DNA from: an uncultured Desulfobacterium sp.
Lineage (GTDB): Bacteria; Desulfobacterota; DSM-4660; Desulfatiglandales; Desulfatiglandaceae
DNA: 64,000 nucleotides
Reading direction: 5' to 3'
Assembly (NCBI GenBank): GCA_900258555.1
Contig: LT984854.1
Span: 1,905,239-1,969,238 of the forward strand
Shown here: positions 51,878 to 61,185 of the stretch, one piece after another
How the letters are laid out: the number at the start of each line of letters is the position of its first letter
Numbering within the stretch: position 1 is the stretch's first letter
Translations under genes and position numbers: made by a program
Notes under the pieces: model-generated
The model's input: the letters and a program-made list of their open reading frames with translations, nothing else
Database searches by the model: none
Told to the model about the DNA's origin: nothing

Positions 51878-54380
51878 TTAGTGTTCAGGGTTAAAAGTTC
51901 CCTCTTCATACTTTTTATCATCAAGCACCTCTCTTACTGTATTTGCCAGTTTCCTCAAATCCAGGGGTTTCATTATAAATGATTTGATTCCAAGCTGTTC
52001 GGCCTTTGTTTCGTCCATCAGTTCACTGTATCCCGTACAGATAATAATTTTCATATCCGGCCTGATTCTGGTGATCTCCTGTGCCAGCATATCACCGGTC
52101 ATTTTCGGCATGCTGGTATCGGTGATAACCAGATCGAAGTCATGGGGCGAGGTCCTGAAAATTTCCAGGGCCTGCTCCGGGTCTGTCCTACCCTCAACCC
52201 TGTATCCCAGCCGTTCCAGCATGCCGGTAGAGATCCTGACAAGCGTCTTCTCATCATCTACAAAAATTATACTCTCTGTTCCCTTCGGGACATCTCCTAT
52301 TTTTTCGGCTCCATGCCTCGGTGTTTCCTCTACAGCGGGAAACCAGATATGAAATGTAGAGCCTTTTCCAGGCTCGGTTTCAACACTTATCAACCCCTCG
52401 TGCTCCTTCACGATCCCGTGTACAACGGCAAGACCCATACCTGTGCCTTTTCCGATCTCCTTTGTGGTAAAGTATGGGTCAAAGATTCGCTCGATTGTCT
52501 CAGCATTCATCCCTGTACCGGTATCACTTACCGTAAGTCTGACGTATTTTCCAGGCTGCAACTTACCTGATTGGCGTTCAATATCTACATTTTTAATGTC
52601 CCTTTCAGGGATGGTTGAAATCCCTCGCCTTTAGGCGAAGAAAAGTTAATACATGTCGCTATGCGACGTTATCAACTGGGTGCCCATACCAAAACAGACC
52701 TCAAAGTCCACCAAATCTGGCTTCACAAATATCTGAAGCGCGGAATGGCTGGTGCGGTGGCGATACGGACTCGTGATGTTTTGCACGGACGAAATGATCC
52801 AGCAATATTTTCAAAAGCAAGAAGGGGAGCCGATTCCTGATGATAGTCGATTTGAAATCGACCCCTCATAAAACCCCTCGACTTATAGTCGAGGGTGGTT
52901 TAGTTGTGACCTCCAGCACACCACCTCGGCTCCTCATGGCATCCCTTGCGTTTGTGCATAGATTAATTATTACCTGGTTCAATTGCGTTGAGTCGGCAAG
53001 GATTGTGTAGATGTTTGTCTCAATGTTCTGGCGGAGTTCGATGGATGTTGGGATGGAGGCACGAATAAGCCTAAGGGAATCAGAAAATATCTTGTCCGGT
53101 TTTATGGCTATCCTCTTTACCTGACCGATCCTGCTGAAGCTGAGCAGTTGCTTGACCACATCCCTTCCGCGAATACTCGCCCTTTCAATCTCCTTTAGGT
53201 AATCTCTGGTTTGATTCAAACCAGGGCTATCCAGAATTGCCATCTCCGTGTTTCCCAGGATGATCGCAAGAATATTGTTGAATTCATGGGCAATGCCCCC
53301 TGCAAGTGTGCCTATTGCCTGCATCTTGTATGCCTGGCGCAACTCGCCTTCAAGCCTGGCCCTTCGCCCCTCGGAGTCGAGCCTTTCCAATTCCGATGCG
53401 GCCCGCACTCCGACAATTTTAAGCATGTTCTCGACTGCTCTGGTGTTTGTCAGGGGCCGCCTTCCAATAGCTGCAATTATCCCGATAGGCTTTCCCGTAT
53501 GTGCCAGGAGTGGTACACCTACGTAGCTTTCCGCCTGCAATTCCTTAAGTATCTGATCTTTGGGGAAGGATTGCCTCGCACCGGACGGAAAGCAACAGAC
53601 CTCTTTGCCGACGACATCGCCGCACGCGGTATCTTTAAGGGCGTACAGCATATTATCCTTAAATCTGCCGTCGCAATACATCGCTACATTTTTGGCGTAT
53701 ACTCCCTCTGCGTCGAGGCGGTAAATACTGACAAAGTCCATACTGAGATTAGAGGCCAAGTAAGGCGCAATGGATTCGAAAAACTCTCCGCCGGTGCCTG
53801 TCACGCTTCTTTGAGCCATAAATGTAAGGACATTCTCCATCTGCCTGCGTTCGGATATATCACGGACGAGCGCCATATTAGCGGCTCTTCCTTCATACTC
53901 GATAATACTGGCGGATACCTCAATATCCTTAACGGAGCCGTCTTTGCATAGTATCCTTCCCTCGTAAACCGCAGGAGGATTTTCTCCAGCAAGACGGGCC
54001 TTATGTCTCTGAGAAACGAACTCTTTATAATCGTCGGGAATAACGTCTGTGAAAGATCTTCCCATTATGTCATCAGCAGAAAAGCCTGTAATCTGACACC
54101 ATGAAGGATTGACAAACTTAAACACCTCGTCTTGTACTATGACAACACCATCATAGGCGCGCTCTACAAGCTCTGCATATTTTACCTCTGACTTTTTAAG
54201 ACCCTCCTCTTCGATTTGGTTCACCCGAAGATCATGTATAGCATCCTTGATATCGTTATGAGAAAGACCGTTAAGGTCCATTCGGCCCATCTCACCCGCC
54301 TTTTTCTCAGCCATCGTGTGCAGTCCCTGCCTGCTTCTGTAGTCTCCAGGGCCGGAATTTGAGTTTTTCTTAGCAGTCAT
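51878..54380 (-). pseudogene. hybrid PAS-GAF-HisKA-HATPase-REC histidine kinase interrupted inside the ATPase domain
   Basis: ORF 52866..54380 ends just after the N-box (NLCTNARDAM..GGVLEVTTK). ORF 51878..52561 resumes with ...QPGKYVRLTVSDTGTGM, a G2 box and a REC domain. About 307 bp of foreign sequence lies between them. Confidence 0.75.
52592..52901 (+). mobile_element. IS200/IS605-derived non-autonomous miniature element (internally deleted tnpA, subterminal hairpins)
   Basis: Plus-strand remnant MRRYQLGAHTKTDLKVHQIWLHKYLKRGMAGAVAIRTRDVL resembles the IS200 TnpA N-terminus. A frame-shifted DEMIQQYFQKQEGE resembles its C-terminus. The HUH core is missing. Hairpins at 52607-52625, 52625-52638, 52653-52669, 52846-52862 and 52875-52895. 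Ends are ambiguous by up to 3 nt within a T-run. Confidence 0.65.
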
Positions 54381-54859
54381 TCTCAGTCTCCTTCATCTAT
54401 CTGAGTTCATCCTAGCTATTTCCTCAAAAACACTAATTGCCCAATGCAGATATTCCTCTGCCCTTCAACTAATTATAATGCCTGATTACTTTGCTCATAA
54501 ATGGAAAGAGTCTCACGATTAATATGCCCGGAATAGCAGGCATTATAGACCAGACGAATTTTATTTTCACTAAAAAAACAAAGGGCAAAAGACTGAAGTC
54601 AGCAGGATGAATGATAAATTCAAATAGCAGCAATCTGCTTCTCAATTCCTTCTTTATTCCTCCACAATCATCCTTCATCTTGACTGACATATTTGGTTGA
54701 TATAGTGTTTGCCTCATGAAAAAAATAACCCTAATTGGACTCATTCACCCCAAGACTGCTGAAACGTGGTCGAATTACTATTACTTCCTGGTTATTAAGG
54801 GAGATAAGGCACAGGTTAAAAGCGGAATCACCTGGACCAGAATGCCAAGGTAACTGAAA

Positions 54860-56086
54860 ATGGAATCAAATCAGCCACGCTCTGTTGTAGCCCTTGCAGT
54901 AATAGCAGCAGCACTTGGTTTCTTTGTTGACGCATACGACCTGTTGCTCTACAGCATCGTCCGCAACCAGAGCCTTGCCGGGATTGGTCTCACGGACAGC
55001 ATGATACTTGATGTCGGGATAGACCTTTTAAATGCCCAGTTGGTGGGGATGCTTGCAGGAGGGGTCGCCTGGGGCGTATTAGGTGATATCTACGGCCGCA
55101 GATCAGTCCTGTTCGGCTCAATAACTTTGTACTCCATAGCAACATTTGTTAACGGCTATGCACAAGACGTTACAATATATGCCGCTTGCCGTTTTACAGC
55201 AGGATTCGGCCTGGCAGGGGAGCTGGGCGCAGGCGTAACCCTGGTATCCGAGCTGATGTCCAAGGAAAACCGTGGATACGGCACCATGATAGTAGCCGCT
55301 GTAGGGGTTCTAGGTGTTGTCACTGCATCGCTTATAGGCGACATCTTTCCCTGGCGTACCGCATATTTCATAGGAGGCGTGCTTGGCTTTATGCTGCTTT
55401 TACTCCGCCTCGGTGTGCGGGAATCAACATTGTTTAACAGTGTCAAGAACAGGCCTGTCTCACGAGGCAATTTCCCGGCATTATTCACCAGTGCCGCCAG
55501 GCTTAAAAAATACGCCTGTCTGATCCTGGTAGCCATGCCAATCTGGTATGTAATAGGAATACTGATAACGTTCTCCCCGGAGATAGGAGGATATCTGGGT
55601 CTTAACAACCCTCCGAAGGCTGGTACTGCAATAATGCTCTATTATCTCGCCCTGACCCTGGGAGATCTGACCAACGGATTTCTCAGCCAGAGATATAAAA
55701 GCCGAAAGAAAATAATAGCTGTGTTCATGGCCCTTACGGTCCTCTTCTGCGCATGCTACTTCACCATTGGGGGAAAAGGGCTAATAGTATTCTACAGCAT
55801 ATGTTTTCTGGTCGGATGGTCCAGCGGTTACTGGGCAGTCTTTGTGACAGTATCAGCAGAACAATTCGGCACCAATCTCAGGGCCACTGTGGCAGTTACG
55901 GCGCCTAATTTCGTCAGGGGCCTTACGACTATTCTTACCATTGCCTTCAAGACCCTGAAGTCCCACATGGGCGCTGTGCCGGGCGCAATCGTTATAGGCG
56001 CAGTCACAATCCTCTTTGCATTCCTTTCCTTAAAACTTCTCGAAGAGACTTACGGTAAGGATCTGGACTATATTGAAGATATATAG
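54860..56086 (+). CDS. MFS transporter
   Basis: About 12 predicted TM helices and an MFS loop motif (GDIYGRRSVL). Confidence 0.85.
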   Translation: MESNQPRSVVALAVIAAALGFFVDAYDLLLYSIVRNQSLAGIGLTDSMILDVGIDLLNAQLVGMLAGGVAWGVLGDIYGRRSVLFGSITLYSIATFVNGYAQDVTIYAACRFTAGFGLAGELGAGVTLVSELMSKENRGYGTMIVAAVGVLGVVTASLIGDIFPWRTAYFIGGVLGFMLLLLRLGVRESTLFNSVKNRPVSRGNFPALFTSAARLKKYACLILVAMPIWYVIGILITFSPEIGGYLGLNNPPKAGTAIMLYYLALTLGDLTNGFLSQRYKSRKKIIAVFMALTVLFCACYFTIGGKGLIVFYSICFLVGWSSGYWAVFVTVSAEQFGTNLRATVAVTAPNFVRGLTTILTIAFKTLKSHMGAVPGAIVIGAVTILFAFLSLKLLEETYGKDLDYIEDI

Positions 56087-56119
56087 CCATTAGTTAAAAA
56101 TCACTTGAACCGTTGAATT

Positions 56120-56824
56120 CTAGACCCCTTGAACCCTTCTTCCTCTTAGTATATTGCCTGCCTTGGGGCCGCAGTTGAACAGCATGTCAAAGGCGGATAG
56201 ATTTGGTAAAAACTCCCCCCACAACTGGGGATATATTACAGGCCTGGGACTATAGAACTTCAGGCCGATTCCCTCTTTTTGAAACAATCGAGAATCAAGA
56301 TATTTTTTTGCCCCTGTCTGAGCCAGAAAATCATTTGCCCCAATCCGTTTTGCAACTTCTACTGATAGCCTCGGCTCCTTTGTTTCAATGCCAAGTCCAG
56401 ACAGCAGGACAAGCCTGGAGGACACCGCCATATGTTCCATCAGGTACCTGATTATCTTTACATTAAGATCTATCAGCCTTTCACTGGGCTCAAAAAAAAT
56501 ACCTTGCAGAAAATTGACATGATCCTCAAAATAGGGGGCATTTTTATATGCAGTCTTCAGTGCTTTAAGACATTTCTCGGCCCAGCGGCCTTCGTTGCAG
56601 ATCCTTACATCACATATCCGTTGAAGACCGAGGCCCCTTTTCCAAACAGGGATAATAATCCAGAGCACCCCCTGGTCATTTTTGAAACGGTTCCTTGTAA
56701 GCCAGGTTGAACCGAGCGGGAATTGAACAGTATCCATCAGCACGAGGATATCTGAATGAAAGGCCTTTTCGAAGAAACCGCCGAAGGGTGAAAAATAAGG
56801 CTGATATGTAGATATGACCGTCAC
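56120..56824 (-). CDS. WbqC-family protein
   Basis: N-terminus ISTYQPYFSPFGGFFEK...DTVQF is typical of WbqC-like proteins. Confidence 0.7.
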   Translation of the reverse strand: MTVISTYQPYFSPFGGFFEKAFHSDILVLMDTVQFPLGSTWLTRNRFKNDQGVLWIIIPVWKRGLGLQRICDVRICNEGRWAEKCLKALKTAYKNAPYFEDHVNFLQGIFFEPSERLIDLNVKIIRYLMEHMAVSSRLVLLSGLGIETKEPRLSVEVAKRIGANDFLAQTGAKKYLDSRLFQKEGIGLKFYSPRPVIYPQLWGEFLPNLSAFDMLFNCGPKAGNILRGRRVQGV

Positions 56825-57135
56825 TGTTTAAACGATCGGCCGGCCTTGGCCTCTACACTCGTAATTTTGCCCGTAATCGCCCCTGACATGCCTTTTCGAT
56901 AATCAAACTTAGCCTGAATGCTGATACGATCAGAGTCTTGCTGGAGAGCATGAAAACACCTTGAAAGAAGGCCGAGCAATTGATCCCAGTCGCCCTCAAC
57001 TACGGTCCCCATTGGATTTGCACGATAATCCAAGCCGCTTTCGTCTACAACCGTCAGAGCCTTGGCTATATACCGGCTAAGGCTTGGGCCTTTATCCAGG
57101 GGGATAATGGAAAATTCCATCAGTGTCATCGCCAT
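56821..57135 (-). CDS. MTH1187/YkoF-like thiamine-binding-fold protein
   Basis: 104 aa with EFSIIPLDKG.SLSRYIA....ESGLDY..NPMGT.VEGDWD. ATGA-type overlap with the WbqC gene. Confidence 0.7.
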   Translation of the reverse strand: MAMTLMEFSIIPLDKGPSLSRYIAKALTVVDESGLDYRANPMGTVVEGDWDQLLGLLSRCFHALQQDSDRISIQAKFDYRKGMSGAITGKITSVEAKAGRSFKQ

Positions 57136-57247
57136 TTCTCCTCAATCGTCTTGTATCTGTCATTGAACAGATGGGTAACGCCTGATTGAATTTCGGCAGG
57201 CGCCCCCCATCTCTTAGACGGAAAATGCGGCATTGAGCTTATATTCC

Positions 57248-57493
57248 TTACTCAGTTCTCCACACCCTGACACCATTTCCGTCGTGGTCAATCAATGTTT
57301 TGAATTTTTTGCCCGTTTTTTCGCCATAATAGCGGGCGGCAGGGCCGACCTTGCGCTTCAGACTAAAAAGGGATTCCCCTTTCTCAGCTTGAAGTAAAAC
57401 AGAATCACCTACATCCATTTCAGGCCAGGGGTATTTGTGTTTGGAATGCACTGCAGGAATTTCAACTTTCTTTTCAATCTTACCAACTTTCAT
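57248..57493 (-). CDS. hypothetical protein (81 aa)
   Basis: Intact ORF with no recognisable motif. Confidence 0.4.
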   Translation of the reverse strand: MKVGKIEKKVEIPAVHSKHKYPWPEMDVGDSVLLQAEKGESLFSLKRKVGPAARYYGEKTGKKFKTLIDHDGNGVRVWRTE

Positions 57494-57770
57494 AACATCT
57501 CCTCTGAATAAAATTATGTAGATTAATAAAGTCTTTTTCGTGTTTTAAGAATTGTCTGCCAGATATTGACTGAAAAATCAAGAGGATTTATTACTGTTTC
57601 GATTTTGGTCGTTTAGAAGAGGTTTAATATAAATATTTTCAAATGTAGAAGAAAGAATTTTGCATTTTCCTTGCCGTAATAAAAAGGCTGAATTTTTGTT
57701 ACTGCTGAAATATTGTTAAAAGGCTTATTTAATTTTTTTACAGCACCCTATTGACATAATCGGGTTAGGA

Positions 57771-57866
57771 TGGCGGAGAGGGTGGGATTCGAACCCACGT
57801 GCCCCGCTATTAACGGGACAAGTCGATTTCGAGTCGACCCCGTTACGACCACTTCGGTACCTCTCC
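57771..57866 (-). tRNA. tRNA-Ser (anticodon CGA), class II with long variable arm, CCA encoded
   Basis: GGAGAGG acceptor pairs with CCTCTCC. Anticodon stem GTCGA/TCGAC with loop CTCGAAA. T-arm GTGGG-TTCGAAT-CCCAC. Discriminator G plus CCA. Confidence 0.9.
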
Positions 57867-58343
57867 GCAATCTGTTAATATGGCATCTCTCCTGCGGCCA
57901 CGAAAGAAGTCCTGCATTAGCGCCCTGCATTCGTCTTCCATTACCCCTGAAATCACCTCTATCTTATGATTAAGCCGTGAGTCAGAGGCCATGTTAAAAA
58001 CTGACCCGCCAGCGCCTGCCTTTGAATCAGTGGCGCCAAAGACCAGTCTGGTTATCCTGGCGTTAATGGAGGCTGCCATACACATCAGGCATGGTTCAAT
58101 GGTTACCACAAGCACCGTGCCGGGCATCCGATAATTTTTTAATATAGAACCAGCGCACCTCAAGGCCAGTATCTCGGCGTGGCCGCTGGGGTCGTTGAGG
58201 GCTATGGGACGGTTGTGGGCCATGGCCAGGATTCTGCCGCTAAGGTCGGCCAAGACAGCGCCTACAGGAACCTCTCCCTCCAAAAGCCCCTTTTTTGCCT
58301 CATCTATGGCCAGCCGCATCAGATGATCAAATTCATGTCCCAT
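57843..58343 (-). CDS. tadA: tRNA adenosine(34) deaminase
   Basis: HAEILALR and PCLMCMAA deaminase motifs. The last 7 codons plus the stop overlap the tRNA-Ser 5' end. Confidence 0.9.
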   Translation of the reverse strand: MGHEFDHLMRLAIDEAKKGLLEGEVPVGAVLADLSGRILAMAHNRPIALNDPSGHAEILALRCAGSILKNYRMPGTVLVVTIEPCLMCMAASINARITRLVFGATDSKAGAGGSVFNMASDSRLNHKIEVISGVMEDECRALMQDFFRGRRRDAILTDCGEVPKWS

Positions 58344-58626
58344 ATAATCAGTTGTCTGCTAAGGATCTGAAGCAAGGCACAAAAGCCCCTTGTTCTTTCG
58401 TGACCTTAATCCTTTTCTGACTTTTACCACACCATTTTTTTCTCCGTCAACCGGATTGTTCTACAATGATACAAAAGGCCTGACAGAAGTAAATCTTATC
58501 TGTCGCACTTTTATTGCTTTGTAAAACATATTGGTTTAAAAGACTTATATCTTTGTGGTTATAAAAATCTTGGTTCAGGATTCTTAATTCCGGCTTCCGG
58601 CCTCTTTTGTTTAATAGGTACGACTC

Positions 58627-58947
58627 ATGACCCAACATGATGAATTTGTCAGCGATTATCACATCAAAAGGGAAAAGGAAAATGCCCGCAGGCTTCGACG
58701 TACCAACTGGTGGAACAGCAGGCTTGAAAAGGGTGTCTGCTATTATTGCAATGCCAAGGTCGGCAGGGATCAACTGACCATGGATCACCTTCTCCCAATA
58801 AGCCGTGGCGGAAAGAGCAAAAAGGGCAATGTGGTTGCCGCATGCAAGGAATGCAACAACAAGAAAAAATACTTGTTGCCTGTGGAATGGGATGAGTATC
58901 TCAGGGGGCTTGCAAATATTCACGGGGATAGACCGAATTCAGCCTGA
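58627..58947 (+). CDS. small HNH endonuclease
   Basis: CYYCN...DHLLPISRGG...NVVAACKECNNKK. Preferred over the antisense ORF 58447..58923. Confidence 0.8.
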   Translation: MTQHDEFVSDYHIKREKENARRLRRTNWWNSRLEKGVCYYCNAKVGRDQLTMDHLLPISRGGKSKKGNVVAACKECNNKKKYLLPVEWDEYLRGLANIHGDRPNSA

Positions 58948-58966
58948 CAACCCAACACTGATGGTC

Positions 58967-59105
58967 TTGTAAAAAGTCAGAAATCACCTTTTTACTCGGT
59001 TTTAAGTTTTAGGTGTTATGTTTTAAGAGGTTAAAATAATAAGACAATTTAAACATATACCTTAACACTTAAAATCTAAAACCTGATGAATTCGACTTTT
59101 TACAA
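58967..59105. repeat. long imperfect palindrome with 12-bp perfect terminal inverted repeats
   Basis: ttgtaaaaagtc (58967-58978) and gactttttacaa (59094-59105). Inner arms ggttttaagttttaggtgtta / taacacttaaaatctaaaacc are partly complementary. Confidence 0.4.
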
Positions 59106-59110
59106 ATTCA

Positions 59111-59941
59111 TCAACACTTACCATCAACAATTAATTCCACTCTTGTCCCAACCAGCCGCGCTGATTCAACCCCTATCCCGTCGCATGCCCTGCCACGGTT
59201 GACGGCGATTTCAAGATGGTCTGAGCTGCCGATCAGGGATATCAATTCCCCCTCTTTCGCCTCAGAATAACTGCCCTTAACACCATTGATGGTTGCATCT
59301 CCCACCCTTATCAGCAGGCTTCCCCGGGTAAAAAATTTTTCAACATCCTTTTTAGGTATACTGGTCAGCAGATTTCCGAAATGATCCACCCGGATTATAC
59401 TGCCTCGCAGAATATCACCTTCTTGCTCGCAAATCGGCAGGTCTAACCTTACCGGATCTGTGATCGTTTGCCCCATTTCGAGGGGACTGACACCCCGGCT
59501 GACATGTGCCGCCACAGGGGCGAATATGTCTCTTCCATGGAAGGTTCGGCTGATGCTGGAAAGAAAATATGATTCATTAGTGAGATGCATTAGTTTCACC
59601 ACCTTATCTGCAAAAATAACGGGCCAGAATAGGCCATTATCAGGGCCGATCAAAAAGTGACTCCCGGTAATAACCATGATAGGTCGTCGTTCACCGCCTA
59701 CCCCTGGATCCACTACCCCAAGGTGAATGGTGCCTTCAGGGAAAAACCTATAGGCATCAAAAAGGATGGATGAGGCCTGGCCGATGTCTCCTGCGCTTAC
59801 ATGGTGTGTGATATCAATGATGCGGGCTTCAGGATTTATTGAGAGGATAACCCCCTTCATTATTCCCACATAAGGGTCGCTCAGGCCGAAATCGGTTGTT
59901 AATGTTATGATGCCTGAAGGGTTCATTTTGGATAGTAGCAA
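59111..59941 (-). CDS. SAM hydroxide adenosyltransferase / SAM hydrolase family (DUF62)
   Basis: IITLTTDFGLSDPYVGIMKGV...DITH and the later FHGRDIFAP motif. Confidence 0.85.
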   Translation of the reverse strand: MLLSKMNPSGIITLTTDFGLSDPYVGIMKGVILSINPEARIIDITHHVSAGDIGQASSILFDAYRFFPEGTIHLGVVDPGVGGERRPIMVITGSHFLIGPDNGLFWPVIFADKVVKLMHLTNESYFLSSISRTFHGRDIFAPVAAHVSRGVSPLEMGQTITDPVRLDLPICEQEGDILRGSIIRVDHFGNLLTSIPKKDVEKFFTRGSLLIRVGDATINGVKGSYSEAKEGELISLIGSSDHLEIAVNRGRACDGIGVESARLVGTRVELIVDGKC

Positions 59942-59978
59942 GTTAAAAAAGTTAAAGAGTCAAAGGGTTGAAAGGCGG

Positions 59979-60815
59979 TTATTGCCACAGTGTCAATGGA
60001 GACGCCTTATAGCCCTTGGGAATTTTCATTGTCTCCGCTGACACAGTGGCCCTGTTAATGCTGCGCAGGCTGGCGCTGCTGTTATTTTTGCCTGATAACT
60101 CCTGATATTCAATGGGGATACGTCCCATGACGTCAGGTCCGGAAAGGCTGGGAAGTGTAATGCCCAGTTGGCTTGTCAAACCCCTGCTTTTTGCGGCAAG
60201 ACGTTCATACAGGCTGAAAAGTCCGCGAATGGTGGCGGAATCTTTTTCCGTAATTTTCATATCGGCCGGATTAGCCAGACTGATATCTGCCATGTGCTTT
60301 TTTCCTTGCACGACCTTAATCTTTTGGCAATTGATGCCTGACACCTTAATAGTGCCTGCAGGTGCCAATCTAATCGGCGCTTGAGGTTCAGCCGCCTTTG
60401 CTATCTTATCAAGTGGTACATTTTCTCCCAGAATCTCCTGCCATTTTTCGCGCTGTTCCGGTGAAAGATCTGCTACCTGTTCGCCCACCACCCGTAAGAT
60501 GGGCTGTATATTCTCGATCTGTTGGTTGATACGGGAAACCCCCCGCTCATCCACTGTCATCAGTGTGCGTTTTACATGGTCAATAACCACCACATGGTCC
60601 TGTTTCTTGCGGTATAGGAGATCAAGGTTCTTGTCGCCGCCCGCTGCCTTTACCATTATCTGTTCATCTTTGATTGCTACGGTCTGGGTTACACCATCTG
60701 AACCCTTAGCCCGCTTGACCAGATATTCCAGCGTGCAATCAGCGTAAGCGATTGCCTGATAAGAAAACACGGCGCAGATTGTGAAGCAAAGGCCGATGTG
60801 ACGAATCCTTTTCAT
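59979..60815 (-). CDS. hypothetical secreted protein
   Basis: Signal-peptide-like start MKRIRHIGLCFTICAVFSYQAIAYA. No family recognised. The ORF track extends to 60878. Confidence 0.55.
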   Translation of the reverse strand: MKRIRHIGLCFTICAVFSYQAIAYADCTLEYLVKRAKGSDGVTQTVAIKDEQIMVKAAGGDKNLDLLYRKKQDHVVVIDHVKRTLMTVDERGVSRINQQIENIQPILRVVGEQVADLSPEQREKWQEILGENVPLDKIAKAAEPQAPIRLAPAGTIKVSGINCQKIKVVQGKKHMADISLANPADMKITEKDSATIRGLFSLYERLAAKSRGLTSQLGITLPSLSGPDVMGRIPIEYQELSGKNNSSASLRSINRATVSAETMKIPKGYKASPLTLWQ

Positions 60816-61185
60816 TTTAAAATGTGTCTCCCTGCTCAAATTGCCTTTTAAAATCCATGAATGTCTGTTTGAGGGCATCCACGGCAGAAGAAGGTGATAA
60901 AACCGGATGGTAGTACTTTTAAATGGTCAACTTAAAAACATTTATTTATAAATCTATAGATAGTTTGGACCGGATTGTAAAGGATTTTTGAGATTGCCTG
61001 TCTAAAGATGTTCAGACATATTCAGGACTTGATTTGTATCAGTTCATTTGCTATAGGCATTCATAACGAGATTTCAGCTTTTATTTATTTTATATTGATT
61101 AAGATTCGATCCTTCAACTTCAGTCTCCGGCCTTCAGCCTGCATGCCTTAGTAGTTACAGGCATTCTTAACAGGGTTGTTTTTGC

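Noticed and set aside
57771-57866. Given the four Sec codons in the window, could this long-variable-arm tRNA be tRNA-Sec (selC)?
   Set aside because: The anticodon loop reads CTCGAAA, so the anticodon is CGA, not TCA. The acceptor stem is the normal 7 bp. It is tRNA-Ser(CGA). No selA, selB, selC or selD is visible in this window.
58447-58923. A 158-aa minus-strand ORF overlapping the HNH gene.
   Set aside because: The plus-strand frame carries a clear HNH motif (DHLLPISRGG...CKECNNKK). The minus-strand ORF has no recognisable features.
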